Source of the DNA: Antedon mediterranea
Lineage: Eukaryota > Animalia > Echinodermata
Direction of reading: 5' to 3'
DNA: 64,000 bases
NCBI RefSeq assembly: GCF_964355755.1
Contig: NC_092678.1
Location: forward strand, 6,712,422-6,776,421
The position numbers and the translations under genes are program-made. Below are positions 1 to 12,263 of the stretch, in pieces. How positions within the stretch are numbered: the first letter of the stretch is position 1; each line of letters begins with the position of its first letter. The notes under the pieces are model-generated. The model was not told the DNA's origin. It made no database searches and saw only the letters and a program-made list of their open reading frames with translations.

Positions 1-117
1 GCAAAACATTCCTCCAACAAATCCTCCGACAAATCCTCCAACAAAAGAAGCTCCTGCCACAAGTAACAAACATATTCCTGCTTTTTTTTTTGGTACGTGA
101 TTTTTCTTACACTCCAT
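1..117 (-). CDS. 5' end of TSP1-repeat membrane protein paralog 1 (runs off window start)
   Basis: Manual translation from the ATG at 117 gives MECKKNHVPKKKAGICLLLVAGASFVGGFVGGFVGGMFC..., homologous to the N-terminus of ORF 7281-7826 (MECTK...LLLLAGAFVGGMFY). Upstream 178-312 matches 7886-8024. Not in the ORF track. Confidence 0.85.
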   Translation of the reverse strand, partial: MECKKNHVPKKKAGICLLLVAGASFVGGFVGGFVGGMFC

Positions 118-177
118 TATGGCGTAAAGAAGCTCGATTCACTAAATTCAAGCGTAACGTAATAATGTGCGAGTACC

Positions 178-312
178 ACAAGCAGCAGTAAACGATTAAT
201 GACAGAGTTTATACGGAAAAAACTGGTTTATTGTTACGTGGAAATTCCAAATTTGACAAAGATAGTACAGTATACTATTCTTTATTGGAACACCAAATAT
301 TACGTCATCAGC
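178..312 (-). promoter_or_regulatory. Conserved proximal promoter block of TSP1 paralog 1 (kappaB-like and ATF/CRE-like sites)
   Basis: Near-identical to 7886-8024. Contains TGGAAATTCC (239-248) and TTACGTCA, 120-190 bp upstream of the ATG. Confidence 0.6.
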
Positions 313-354
313 TGTATAAATGTTTACAAAAAAGAAAAATGATGAAGCCTCATT

Positions 355-2248
355 CAGGGGTGGCGCCAGGATCTTCCCGACGCGGGGGCTACATTCCCCG
401 ACGAGGGGGCTATGCGAGCGAAGCGAGCATCACAAGGCTGGGGGCCAGGGGGCCGCCAAGGGCCCCCGGTGGGAGTCCAGGGGGCGAAGCCCCCGGAAGC
501 AACGCGTTCTAGCGTCATTTGAGGTCATTTTAATCAGATTTAGGGTAGCCATTTTTTCCATTTTTTATAATGCATAAATAAAATACTGCGTGCAAAAAAA
601 CGATGCGCGATGACTGTTTCAATCCATATTTTTCAATTTAAAAAATAAAAGTTCAAAGAAAATTTAGAAAAATAGAGTTGGAGGTCCTGGAAATTGGACT
701 TATTATACTTCAAAACATGAAACAAAATATATAAGTCCCTATCATGGTTGTGACTGAGCTAAGAAGTGTTTGAAAAATAGAGATGTTAGGTCCCGGAAAA
801 TGCACTTCTTGTACTTCGAAATATGACCAGCTTTATTGTTGGGGCTGAGCTAAGAAAATGTTTAAAACTAGAGCTGCAGGTCTTCAAAAAATTGCATTTT
901 ATACTTTGGAAACATCAGGCCCAGAGGCTTAAAAAACGCAAGCGTAGACCTTTTTCAGTCGGGGAAATAAGTTTATTCCTCCCAAGTGTATGCCTGCGTA
1001 CCATCTGGACTTCCGAGTGGTGAGAAATTCATGACATCAGGACATTGAAAATTTAATAACTTAGCTATAATAAGATGTTGGCTAAGCGAAAATGGCATGT
1101 TTTTTTGTTTAGTAATGGATGAAATATTTATTTTAGGTGCCCCACGGTACAGAAGGTTACTTGTAAATTAAAAAATTGGTGAACATACGAACAATTAACA
1201 TAATTCGTTTTTGCTGTAGTGTAGCGCACGTCGACACAGTACACGACGTAACCGTCGGTAAACTTCGCCTGGAAAATAACTACAGTACACATTTTGGTCC
1301 CTGGATGGAACATGATATCACGACCCAACGTTGAACGATTCGTACAACGGGATACCGCCAGACAAGTGCGTACCTATAGCTATTGTTTAGTAGTAAGTTA
1401 GATCGCTGGCAATAATGAATGCATATAAAGTGCATAATATCACTCTGACGTACTCTCACGGTCAATGAAACGTCGAGGTTTTCTAGGCGCTGAAGCTACG
1501 AAGTGAACGCGAACGAATTATATTCCCCGACAAAAAGTACCCGAACCGTCGGTAAACTTCGCCTGGAAAATAACTACATTACACATTTTGATCCCTGGAT
1601 GGAACTTGATATCACGCGTCTCGACCCAACGTTGAACGATTCGTACAAAGGGATACCGCCAGACAAGTGCGTACCTAGCTAATGTTTAGTAGTAAGATCG
1701 CTGGCAATAATGAATGCATATAAATTGCATAATAGCACTCTGACGTACTCTCACGGTCAATGAGACGTCGCGGTTTTCTAGACGCTGAAGCTACCAAGTG
1801 AACGCGAACGTTTTTTACTGTATATTATATTCCCCGACAAAAAGTACCCGTGTTCCCTTCGGTAACCGTCGGTAAACTTCGCCTGGAAAATAACTACATT
1901 ACACATTTTGGTCCCTGGATGGAACATGATATCACGCGTCTCGACCCAACGGTGAACGATTCGTACAAAGGGATACCGCCAAACAAGTGCGTACTAGCTA
2001 TTGTTTAGTAGTTAGATCTCTGGCAATAACGAATGCATAAAAGTGCATAATAGCCCTCTGACGTACTCTCACGGTCAATGGAACGTCGTGGTTTTCTAGG
2101 CGCTGAAGCTATATGAAGTGAACGTGAATTTTTTTTACTGTATGTTATATTCCCCGACAAAAAGTACCCGTGTTCCCCGACGGGGGGGGCTAGGCTCCCC
2201 GACGAGGGGGCTAGAGCCCCCGTAGCCCCCCCGCTGGCGCCACCACTG
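355..2248. mobile_element. Non-autonomous hAT-superfamily DNA transposon
   Basis: TIRs CAGGGGTGGCGCCAG / CTGGCGCCACCACTG (14/15 match) and a perfect 8-bp TSD GCCTCATT (347-354, 2249-2256). The empty site is visible in the paralogous region (GAAGCCACATTGGCTGTGA, ~8255). No transposase ORF. Confidence 0.9.
1249..2178. repeat. About 300-bp tandem repeat, 3 copies, inside the hAT element
   Basis: ACCGTCGGTAAACTTCGCCTGGAAAA recurs at 1251, 1545 and 1865 (periods 294 and 320). Confidence 0.9.
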
Positions 2249-2396
2249 GCCTCATTGGCTGTGATTCCCTTTATAAACGTTGTTGATTAATGAGTTAAAA
2301 AGTGATATTTGTAGCCAATATGAAGAGGAGAAAGTTACGACCAAGGAATCTTTGTTACGGCCTTTGATAAAGCGTCAGAAAAAGATTTAATACTCC

Positions 2397-5300
2397 TAGT
2401 CCGGTGGCAGGAGGGGGGATATCACCTCCCGAAAGGGGACAAATTGCCATCCAACTTTTCTAGACCAGAATTTTCCGTAGATTACGAATATGGAAGGTAA
2501 TCGATCAGGATAGGAAGCGTTTTTGAGATATAAGGGGTCAAAGTTCAAAATTGATCAATATAAAAACATGCTATATCTCTGGAAATTCTGGACATAGTGA
2601 GATAATTTTGGTGTCAAATTGTTCACAATTGTTTATATTAGCTCTAACAGAACTTTCTTTGTAAAATTGACCGGAAACCCCATTTTTAGCAATGTTGACC
2701 TTTGACCTCTTTTTGCTATATCTAAGTAACGGCAGGTCGGAGAGAATTAAAAATAGGAGCAAATTGTTCCCAAGATATACATTTTATATTCAGTGTAACA
2801 GATGATATTGCTTGAAAATGACCGGAAGTGTGGTTATTAACCTTTGACATAATTGAATAAGGTTATAAAAACATAAATCAATAAATATTTGTCGTAAGGA
2901 GCCAATTTTGGTATCAAATTGTTCACAATATATATGTTTATACTTGCCATAATGCAACATTTTTTTAAAAAAAGTGACTGAAACACTATTTTTCTGTAAT
3001 TTTAACCTTTGACCTGTTTTTCTCATCTAAATAACGACATGGCATAGAGATTTCTAACGGCAAATTGTTTATAATAGATATTTTTATTCAATCCAATAGA
3101 TTATACTGATTGAAAAATACAAGTGTGATTATTGTTTTGAAATCCTGTACATAAGAGCCATCGGGCGGATTGAATGCAAAGAGGTGTGGAAGGGGAATAC
3201 TACTACTATACAGTACAATGTCTTTGAGAAACATTTGAGCAATTTCAATCAGGTATCCATGTATTATCTCCAATAAACGGAATGTACGGTTCACGGTGAA
3301 TTCAGAAGTTACCCTTGGTTCATTTTGGCAAATCCATATGGGTTCCTTTTAAAAGGATTGAGGGTGAACAGACAGGCTTTTCCCATGGCTTAATATTGGA
3401 ACCTACAGTTTTAGTTACCCGATATATTTCTAACACAGTAACTTATGTAGCCAAATGCATTGATCCGATACAGGGGCCAAATGTAGAACTGAACATACAG
3501 TAGAGAGGGTCTAAATAGATGACCTGCTGTTGTTTCATTTTAGGCAAAATCCAAATCGGTTCCTTAAGGATCGAGAGTGCACAGGCAGCTTTATTCCATG
3601 TGCCTGTCTATATAAACCCACATTGTCACCCCTTATATTTCTATTATGGGGCTTAATGTCCAACCATGGAGGACCAGCCTTTGGGGGGGGGGGGGGGGGG
3701 GTTAATTTTGGCAAATCCATAAGTGTTCCTTAAGGATCGAGAGTGCACAGGCAGCTTTATTCCATGGGCCGCGCCTGTCTATATGAACTCACAGCGTCAC
3801 CCCTTATATTTCAATTATGGGGCTTAATGTCCATCCATGGTGAACGACCGGCCCTTGGGTTAATTTGGGCAAATCCATCAAATGTTCCTTATGGATGATC
3901 GAGGGTGCACAGGGATATTTATTATATCTCTATGAACCCACATTTTCACCCCACATACAGTATTTCCAATATAGGGTCTCTTGTAGACCCACATAGAGAA
4001 CCCCGAAAGGTCCATGGAGGACCGGCCCTTGGGTTCATTTGGGCAAATCCATAAATGTTATTTAAAGATTGAAGGTGAACATTTTAGTTTTATTCCATAG
4101 TTCATCTTTGAACTATTTACCCCATATTAATTTGTAATACAGGGCCTTATGTAGCACACCACATAGATATCCCAAAAGGGTCCTTAGAGGGTTCATTCGG
4201 GCAAATCCATATGGGTTATTTTAGAATCTTTTGTGTACAGGAAAACTCTTTCCTGTATGGGCCAAACTATCTGTGGCTATATAAAAATTGTGGTCTGGCT
4301 GTGTAGTGAGTTGTGGATTGAGTTTGGTCACCTGGATCTGCCTATCCTGTACGAATTGGTATTCTCTGGTTCTGATGAATAGTAGTTTATTTTCCAAAAA
4401 CGAATATTGTAGCCCTAATAAATGCAATTGTATAGTGGCAAATCATTGAAGGTCAGCGTAACATTTTAACATCATAACATTTTAACCGTCATAATATTAA
4501 TAATATTAATAATTTTATTATTTATTTGACAGTATTATATTAATACATTTAAAATAATGCGCACTAGAAAAAATATAAAAATACCATAACTTCACAGATC
4601 AAATAACGTGATTACATTATGAACATCGATCTCATAGTTCGAATAACTTTGCATTATTTAGTATATCACTTGTTCAAATGTTGACTTTTGACCTATGTCA
4701 ACTTGTGTAATGATAAATGTGCTCTTTTGATTGTGTATGAATGATAGATGTCTTAACAGAATGATAAAACATAACATTTTGTCTTAAATGTTAGTTTTTA
4801 TTTGGGTTTATATGCAAATTGTGTGATTTGTCAATATTGACATTTGACCTTTAATTGAAAAGTATTTGTTTTATAAGGCGACTGAATAGATACCTATAAC
4901 CATACAAATGTATTAAAAGACCAAATTGAACTTCAATAAATTGGTTATAATACATATGTATATAATACATTGTTATAATTGGTCAATTTTGAACTTTAAC
5001 CCCTTATCTCTTTCTATTCGCTTCCTATCCTGATCAAAGTCTGATTTGATTAAATACAGTATTATAATTATATTAATCAAAATTATAATGAAATAACATA
5101 ACTTTACTAATCAAATAATTTGATTACTTGTAAAACCATCAATATCATAGTTTGGACAACTTTGCATTTATTTGTTAACTAATACGTGCATTAAAATGTT
5201 GACCTTTGACCTTATGTCAACTGATGAAATGATGTATTCGCTCTTTTACATTGTGTATGATTGATTAACAGGATGAGAAAACATCCAATTTTTATTAAAT

Positions 5301-5660
5301 ATAAGTTTTTATTTGGTTTTATAGGTACGTTCTATGATTGGTCAATATTGACATTTGACCCTTAATTACGAAGGATTTTTTTTTCTCCATAAGGTGATTA
5401 AATAGACACTTAGGCCTATAACCATAAAAATGTAATAAAAGACCAAATTGTGCTTCAATAAATTTGTTATAATACATATATATAATACATTGTTGTAATT
5501 GGTCAATTTTGAATTTTGACCCCTTATATCTCGAAAACGCTTCCTGTCCAGATCGATTACCTTCCATATTCGTAATCTACGGAAAATTCTGGTCTAGAAA
5601 AGTTGGATGGCAATTTGTCCCCTTTCGGGTGGTGATATCCCCCCTCCTGCCACCGGACTA
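2397..5660. mobile_element. Non-autonomous DNA transposon with ~170-bp TIRs (TAGTCCGG termini, 3-bp TSD; Academ-like)
   Basis: 2397-2560 is the reverse complement of ~5495-5660. TSD TCC at 2394-2396 and 5661-5663. The paralogous empty site TAATACTACCCTTCGTT (~11724) equals the reconstructed site in length. The interior has TTGACCTTTGACC-like subterminal repeats, GGCAAATCCAT repeats (3310-4230) and a ~530-bp internal duplication (~4480-5540). The superfamily is inferred from the termini and TSD. Confidence 0.85.
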
Positions 5661-7280
5661 TCCACTTCGTTCACCTATTTAAGTTAAATCTCTTGAACTC
5701 TGCTAAAAAAATTAATTGTTAGTACTTCTATCAATATCAATTCAAGAACAACTACAACAAACATTATATAAACAATAAAGATGTATCATCTCCCCAAAAC
5801 ATGAAATGAACATTAATAAAATCAGACTTTCATCAGGTCATTTTGTAATTTTAATAAATATAATCAATTTCGTAGAAAAAAACACCCACAAAATAATGTT
5901 TGCATTTATAAAAAGACACAATAACCGGTTAAATTAAACTGTGTTTAGTTTATGCAAACGTATTGATTGGCGATAAATGGAACATCAATCTCTTAACAAT
6001 TTTTTTAAAGCGTATACAAAACACATATTTAAAAAACTTTATTACTGATAGTTGCTTCTCAACGTTTGTATTAATTAATAATTACAAAAAATATAAAACA
6101 CCAAAAAGGCCAATATTGAGGTAAGAATTGTATTACAAATGGAAGTTATGATAAAACGTTCTAACATTGTTGAAACTTTAAATACACTTATGAATTTGCT
6201 ATGTGTTGCACGATAACTGGTATTAACTGGTATTAACTGGTATTAACTGGCGATTATACAATCATGGAAACAATAACAACAAGGTATAAAGAACATAAAA
6301 CAGTGCAAAAGATAGGACATTAGATTAAGTTTCAAAATCTTGGACCCGTCAGTGACACTTATTGGAAACTAGGCGATGATTGGACCATGGACCTATAATT
6401 AGTTTTTGTTTCTAGGATACCACAATGTGCAAACACAACACAATCATTGAGAAAAAAATAATTCATTCAGAATAATGAAATGTTTATGTGTATAAAATGG
6501 CCTTTGAAAATGATTGTATTTTCTCCTAAAAACATGAAAAATGAAGATTAATAAAATCTGATTTTGAATAGGCCATTTTAAAATTTTAATACAGTTAATC
6601 CCTTAATCCAAATTTCACTACAATAATTCAATAATCTAAAATAAATAAAACCAATGCTTTAGAAAAAGAGTTTTAGATAGTTCGAACAGTTCAAGCAGAA
6701 GTGTTTTTGAAAGTCTCAATTGAAAGCTTCCAGTTTTAATAAAATGATAATCAAATAATATAGATGATATCGTTTGGATATGGCCTATAATGGCACTTGA
6801 TTAACAAACTATACAAATTATATTCACAGTTAGCTATAATGAAATAAAACAAAAAATGACCCCGAAAAAGTATAAATGTAACAAGTCTAGCCTTACAATT
6901 GTAGCTAAATATTATTACTATAAAAGGACAGATTTGAATTATACAACAATAACTTTATTATTCTAACGTAAGTACATTTCATAGTATTGCTAGAATTGAA
7001 TGAAAATGAATGGAATAAGAAATTAAAAAAAATGACAATGTATCAGATCGCAAACAAACTTTAAATTTCAAATTCCCATTACTAAAGTAATACCTTTTCT
7101 AAGCAAGACGTTATATTCCAAGCATATAATGGCTTTTGTTATTATTTATCTAACTAACATTTTTCATATTGTACGTCTACCGTACCAATTTGTAAAATGT
7201 TAGTGCTTCTCTAACTGGCTTCATGGTTCACACATAAAATGAACTATCCATTATTCAAGCTGTAATAAAATGGTGATCAT

Positions 7281-7826
7281 CTACAAAATGATGAAGTGAA
7301 TAATAATGAGGATAATCGGGTAATAAAATGATGATAATGATGACGAAGATGATGCACTGCCACATTCTAGTTCTTTCGATGGTCTTTTGCAACTCTTATC
7401 GCGATTACACGGTCGTTCTTCAGCGGTTGATTCCAAGCATAATCCACAGGCTTCGGTTACCTTCCTGATCCTGAATTGGCTTCCGAATTGACCACATTCG
7501 TGTGAACACATAGACCAATCACCCCAATCACTATACTGACAGTAACTGTACGCTACTTGGCATGATTGTTCTTCAATCGTAGGTTCGGAGCATGTTAACG
7601 GTCCGCATCCGTTTATCTCAAGCACGTTCCTAACCCTGTACCGAGTTCCGTTTTGTCCACGTTCTTGTAAGTGGCAAGTGGACCACATGCCCCAAGAACT
7701 GTACGTGCAATCACTTTCCTTTTTCGTTACTTTGTGTTTTTCGTAAAACATTCCTCCAACGAAAGCTCCCGCCAATAATAATAGTCCTCCTATTGTCTTA
7801 ATTACATCCCATTTTGTACACTCCAT
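7281..7826 (-). CDS. TSP1-repeat membrane protein paralog 2 (2 TSR domains, N-terminal hydrophobic segment, GPI-signal-like C-terminus), 181 aa
   Basis: Two DC-x-YS-x-W-xx-WS-x-C...G-x-x-x-R-x-R...C repeats. Hydrophobic residues ~12-28. C-terminal GSASSSSSLSS followed by a hydrophobic tail that ends at the stop. Confidence 0.9.
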   Translation of the reverse strand: MECTKWDVIKTIGGLLLLAGAFVGGMFYEKHKVTKKESDCTYSSWGMWSTCHLQERGQNGTRYRVRNVLEINGCGPLTCSEPTIEEQSCQVAYSYCQYSDWGDWSMCSHECGQFGSQFRIRKVTEACGLCLESTAEERPCNRDKSCKRPSKELECGSASSSSSLSSFYYPIILIIIHFIIL

Positions 7827-7885
7827 GTCGTAAAGAATTCTCGTATATGTTCACCAAAATTCAAGTTTAAAGTTAATGTGAATAA

Positions 7886-8024
7886 CACAAGCAGTAAACG
7901 ATTAATAACATAATTTATACCGCACTGGTTATGGTACTGGTTTATTGTTACATGGAAATTCCAAATTTGACAAAGATAGTACAGTATTACTATACTTTAT
8001 TGCAACATCGAATTACGTCATCAA
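7886..8024 (-). promoter_or_regulatory. Conserved proximal promoter block of TSP1 paralog 2
   Basis: Homologous to 178-312. TGGAAATTCC at 7953-7962 and TTACGTCA at ~8013. Confidence 0.6.
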
Positions 8025-8830
8025 CAAATAAATACCAGCGGTGATATATTTGTTTTCAATTTTACTTATTTGACCTCCTTTCACACTTCTATGTTGTTTT
8101 TTTTTTAAAGTACAAGTATCTCATATATTCTTTTTTAATTAGATTGATTACCTTACTGTTTAGTACTATGATACCTGTTATCATTGTTTCACTTTACTTG
8201 TACTATTTTTGAAGTGTGAAAAATTCAATAAAAGAAAAGAAAAAAGAAATTAAGAAGCCACATTGGCTGTGACTATCGCTATGAATTGTTGTTTACTATT
8301 TAGTCAAAAAGTGGAAAAACCTGTTAGGCCTACTTATATTTATAGACAATATGAAAAAGGTGTAAATAACGACCGAAGAATCCTGGTTGCGGCCTTTGGT
8401 AAAGCGTGGTTCCCACTAGAACGTAACGCAGCGATGTATCGACGCAAAGTGCTGTATTGCGTAATCACAACTGGGAACCGACAACGCAATAGTGCTGCAA
8501 ACATTTTTCAATTCAATTCAATTCACATTTATTTACTCATCGTTTATAAATACAGTTTCATAGCATAAATGATGGCAAGGATCCTGCATAGAGAATAGAA
8601 GTTTACACTTCTGTTTTCGCAGGACCCTTTTACATAAAAGACATAAAACAATAAACACAACATAATAGATACAAAATAAAAAAAAAACATTCCTATATAC
8701 ATTTTAGAGTTGTTCATCATCAAAAAGCGATACTGTTTTTTTAACATGATTATTTGTACTATGTGTGTATACTCGCACACACCAACACAAATGCATAATA
8801 TATGCATCTATATTTTATGAGTAAAGCATT

Positions 8831-10765
8831 TTAAGTTCTGTAATTCGATAAAATGTCTTTTTTTACATATTTTTTTAGTATTTTATAATTTTTGTTAACA
8901 ATATCTAAGTGATTTCTACAGAGCTCATTCCATAGTTTCGGTCCGTGAATACTGATAAAATGTTGACCAGACGTTAACCTAGAGTATGGTTGTTTTACGC
9001 TACAAATATTTCGAAGATTATGGGTAGTATTTTCGTTTCTTTTGAATATCATTTGGATTCGTCTGGGTAAAACATTGCTTTTAATCTGGGCCATGAAACC
9101 TAGGACGGTAACTCTGTTGATATCTTGTATGTTAAGAATATTTAATTGCTTAAACAGTGGCTCAGAATGTTGCCATGGCTTTTTAAATAAAATTATTCTA
9201 GCAGCCTTTTTCTGGAGTTTAAGAAGGGATTCTAGTGTACTATCATATGTACTGCCCCAAATAATGTTTCCATACTGAAGGTGCGGTAGAATTAATGTAT
9301 TATACAAATTTGGAGTTTTTATCAATATTCCAATAGACCTAGCGGTTTTTTTGCTAATAAGCCTTATATGATTTTTCCAGCAAAGGTTCTCATTTATTAC
9401 AACCCCAAGAAATGTTACATTTTTTTGTTGTTCTAAAGTAATGTTATTCATTTTCAATTCAATGTTGGTTGTAATAATACGCCTTTGGGCAGTTTTAAAG
9501 ATTACGTAATTTGTTTTGCTGGTGTTTAATAAAAGTTTATTAGCTTTGAACCACATATTAATTCTATCTAGTTCCACATTCATAGTGTTTGCCAATGCGT
9601 TCAGGTTATTTCCACACTTGAATCCTGTTGTATCATCGGCAAAGCTAATTAATTCAATTTGTGTACTTGAGTTACATATATCGTTTACATATACAAGAAA
9701 CAACAAAGGTCCCAAAACGGACCCTTGTGGAACACCAATACTAGTCTCCTTAATATTAGACGAAGTACCATTTATAAAAACATATTGCTTTCGTGATTTT
9801 AAGTAGTTACTGAACCATTTTAGTGTAACACCTCTTATACCATAGTGGAATAGCTTGTTCAGTAAGATACTGTGGTCAATAATATCAAATGCCTTTGACA
9901 AATCCATAAATGTGGCAATTACGAACTCTTTGTTTTCAAATGCCTTTAGTATTTTGTGGATCAGATCAATTATAGCGTGGGAGGTTGACTGATTGTTTCG
10001 GAAGCCGTATTGCCAATCATTTAGTATATTGTAAGTTTTAAAGTAATTATACAATCTGGAATGGACTATCTTTTCAAAGATTTTAGAGAAAATTGGTAGT
10101 AGTGATATCGGGCGATAATTCGAGGCTAAATGACGGTCCCCTTTTTTGTATATGGGAATTACTTTTGCAATTTTTATCTGTTCCGGTATTGAGCCGGAGT
10201 GAAGAGATACGTTGAATATATAAGTCAAGGGCTTTACAATAGCATCACCAACTGCCTTGACTACCTTTGGTGAAATATCATCAAAACCAGGTGTTTTGTT
10301 TGCATCAAGTGATTGAATCACTTTTAACACTTCCTCCTCATTTACATGGTAGAAAAACATAGAGTTACTTTGCCTGTTTAGCAGGTAATCAGAGTATTGT
10401 GCCGTTGATGGCTCAATACTGTCTCGTACCTTGAGACCAACATTAATAAAATAATCGTTAATGTGGTTTGCAATAGGCTCACAACCCTCTATGAGTTTGT
10501 CACCAGATGTAAAAGTGGATGGAACATTATTTTTGCCTCCACCTGGATTTATAATATCATTTATAATATTCCATGTTTTTTTTTTATTTCCTTTAGTATT
10601 GTTAAAAACATTTTCATAATATGATTTCTTTGCCTTTTTGCATGTACGCATAAATGACTTATTAAACTCTTTATAAATATCCTTATTTTTTGACGAGGGA
10701 TGTTTTATAAATTTGTTGTACAACACATGTTTTCTTTTGCTAGACTTTAAGAGTCTTGAGCTCAT
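8831..10765 (-). pseudogene. LINE ORF2 reverse transcriptase portion
   Basis: Motifs NYRPISLLPIFSKIFEK, QYGFR, DLSKAFD, GVPQGSVLGPLLFLVYVND, FADD and FLGV. Separated from the endonuclease part by a frameshift near the A-run at ~10810-10823. Confidence 0.9.
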
Positions 10766-11600
10766 CCATGGTTGTTTGAACTTTTATACTTTTTGTGATT
10801 TTCTTGAACTTTTTTTTTTTTTTAAAGTTTTTATTATATAATTTTTTGAAAGTGTTGATAAAAGCATTGTAAGCATCATCAGGGTTTGTCCTTACATATA
10901 CATCAGCCCAATCAACAGGTAATAAGTCATTATATAGTTTATTTATATTTCTTTCGTTTATTGCATATTTATGAGGTTCTATATTACCGGTTTTTACTTT
11001 AATATGTTTGTCGGGCACGGAGTGGATAATTTGGTATACCGGTAAATGATCAGATATGTCTGAGATTAGTATACCAGATAACATTTGTTCAGAAAGTGTA
11101 TTGGAGAAAATGTTATCAATTAATGAAGATGTGTTGTTTTGTATTCTAGTGGGTCTTGAAATCGATGGGTAGAAGGAATGCGACATCATTACTTCTAGAA
11201 AATTATTTACAAAATCAGTCGATGCATGCTTAAGTAAATTAATGTTAAAATCACCCATAATGTGGCATGATTTTCCCTCGATATCAATAGTATTAAGAAT
11301 ATCGTCTAGTGATCTATTAAAAAGTTCTATATTCGAATCAGGAGGTCTATATATTATACCAACAATCGTATTGTTACATTTTTTTTTCAATTATTTCAAT
11401 AAAAATACATTCACAAGATTCAATAAATAGATCTTTTCGTTCTTTTATGTCAATTGTAGCAGAAACAAACATACCAACTCCCCCTCCTTTACGGTTCTTC
11501 CTATCTAATGCGAGGAAGTCATAGCTCGGTAAATATGGTTTTCACGATGTATTGTTTAACCATGTTTCCGATATACCAATAACTGTAAAGGGGTGCATCG
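10740..11600 (-). pseudogene. LINE ORF2 apurinic-like endonuclease portion (frameshifted)
   Basis: Motifs IYRPP, GDFNINLL, PTR, IDNIF and SDHLP. Further broken endonuclease sequence lies at 11390-11600. Confidence 0.85.
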
Positions 11601-11862
11601 CAGGTTTGATTTCACACAGGCGAGGGCAAACACATTGATTTGAAGGGCATTTTCTTACGTTGCGTAGATTGCGTTACGTTACGTCGCTACTGAGAACCAA
11701 GCTTGAGACTTCAGGAAAAGATTTAATACTACCCTTCGTTCATCTCTTTTAAATATTCGAACTGTCAATCTCTGGAACTCTTTGGTAAACAATTTAATTT
11801 TTAGTAGACCTACTTCTATCAACACTTTAACACAACTACGACAAAGATATACAAAACACTAA

Positions 11863-12263
11863 AGCTTGGTTCTTAAGCTTGGTTCCCACTAGAACGTAAC
11901 GCAAGGACCACGTAACGCAACGCAAGTGAATTGACCAATCACAAGCGATGGCTTATTCGCTTGTGATTGCCAACTGTCTATAACTTCGCTTTTATTGGTT
12001 AACACGCTTGCGTTGCGTTTACGTCCTTGCGTTACGTTCTAGTGGGAACCAAGCTTTACTAGCGATGCAAAGTAACGCAATCTACGCAAGGTAAGAAAAT
12101 GCCCTTCCAAATCATTGTGTTTGCCCCCGCCTGCGTGAAATCAAACCTGTTATTTTTACAGAAATGTTGCGTCGTCGGTTCCCACTTGCGATTACGCAAT
12201 ACATCACTTTGCGTCGATACGTCGCTGCGTTACGTTACGTTGTGTTCTAGTGGAAACCACGCT
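11863..12263. mobile_element. PIF/Harbinger-type MITE family A with a nested family B MITE
   Basis: TIRs AGCTTGGTTC / GAAACCACGCT, flanked by TAA/TTA. Confidence 0.8.
11876..12055. mobile_element. PIF/Harbinger-type MITE family B
   Basis: Long perfect TIRs AGCTTGGTTCCCACTAGAACGTAACGCAAGGAC and a TTA TSD (11873-11875, 12056-12058). Degenerate relatives at ~34140-34285, ~34670-34815 and ~38120-38415. Confidence 0.9.

Larger units (their letters stand above)
8505..11600 (-). mobile_element. 5'-truncated non-LTR retrotransposon, L2/CR1 group
   Basis: APE endonuclease and RT ORF fragments. 3' tail of (TTGAA)n at ~8507-8525. The 5' end is truncated inside the endonuclease domain, where the host MITE sequence resumes. 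Confidence 0.9.
8403..11703. mobile_element. PIF/Harbinger-type MITE (family A) split by the LINE insertion
   Basis: The left part 8403-~8500 (AGCGTGGTTCCCACTAG...) and right part 11601-11703 (...GAGAACCAAGCT) together match, inverted, the copy at 11863-12263. Confidence 0.8.

Noticed and set aside
231-577. ORFs 231-512 and 320-577
   Set aside because: They span the GC-rich terminus of the hAT element and show no protein motifs.
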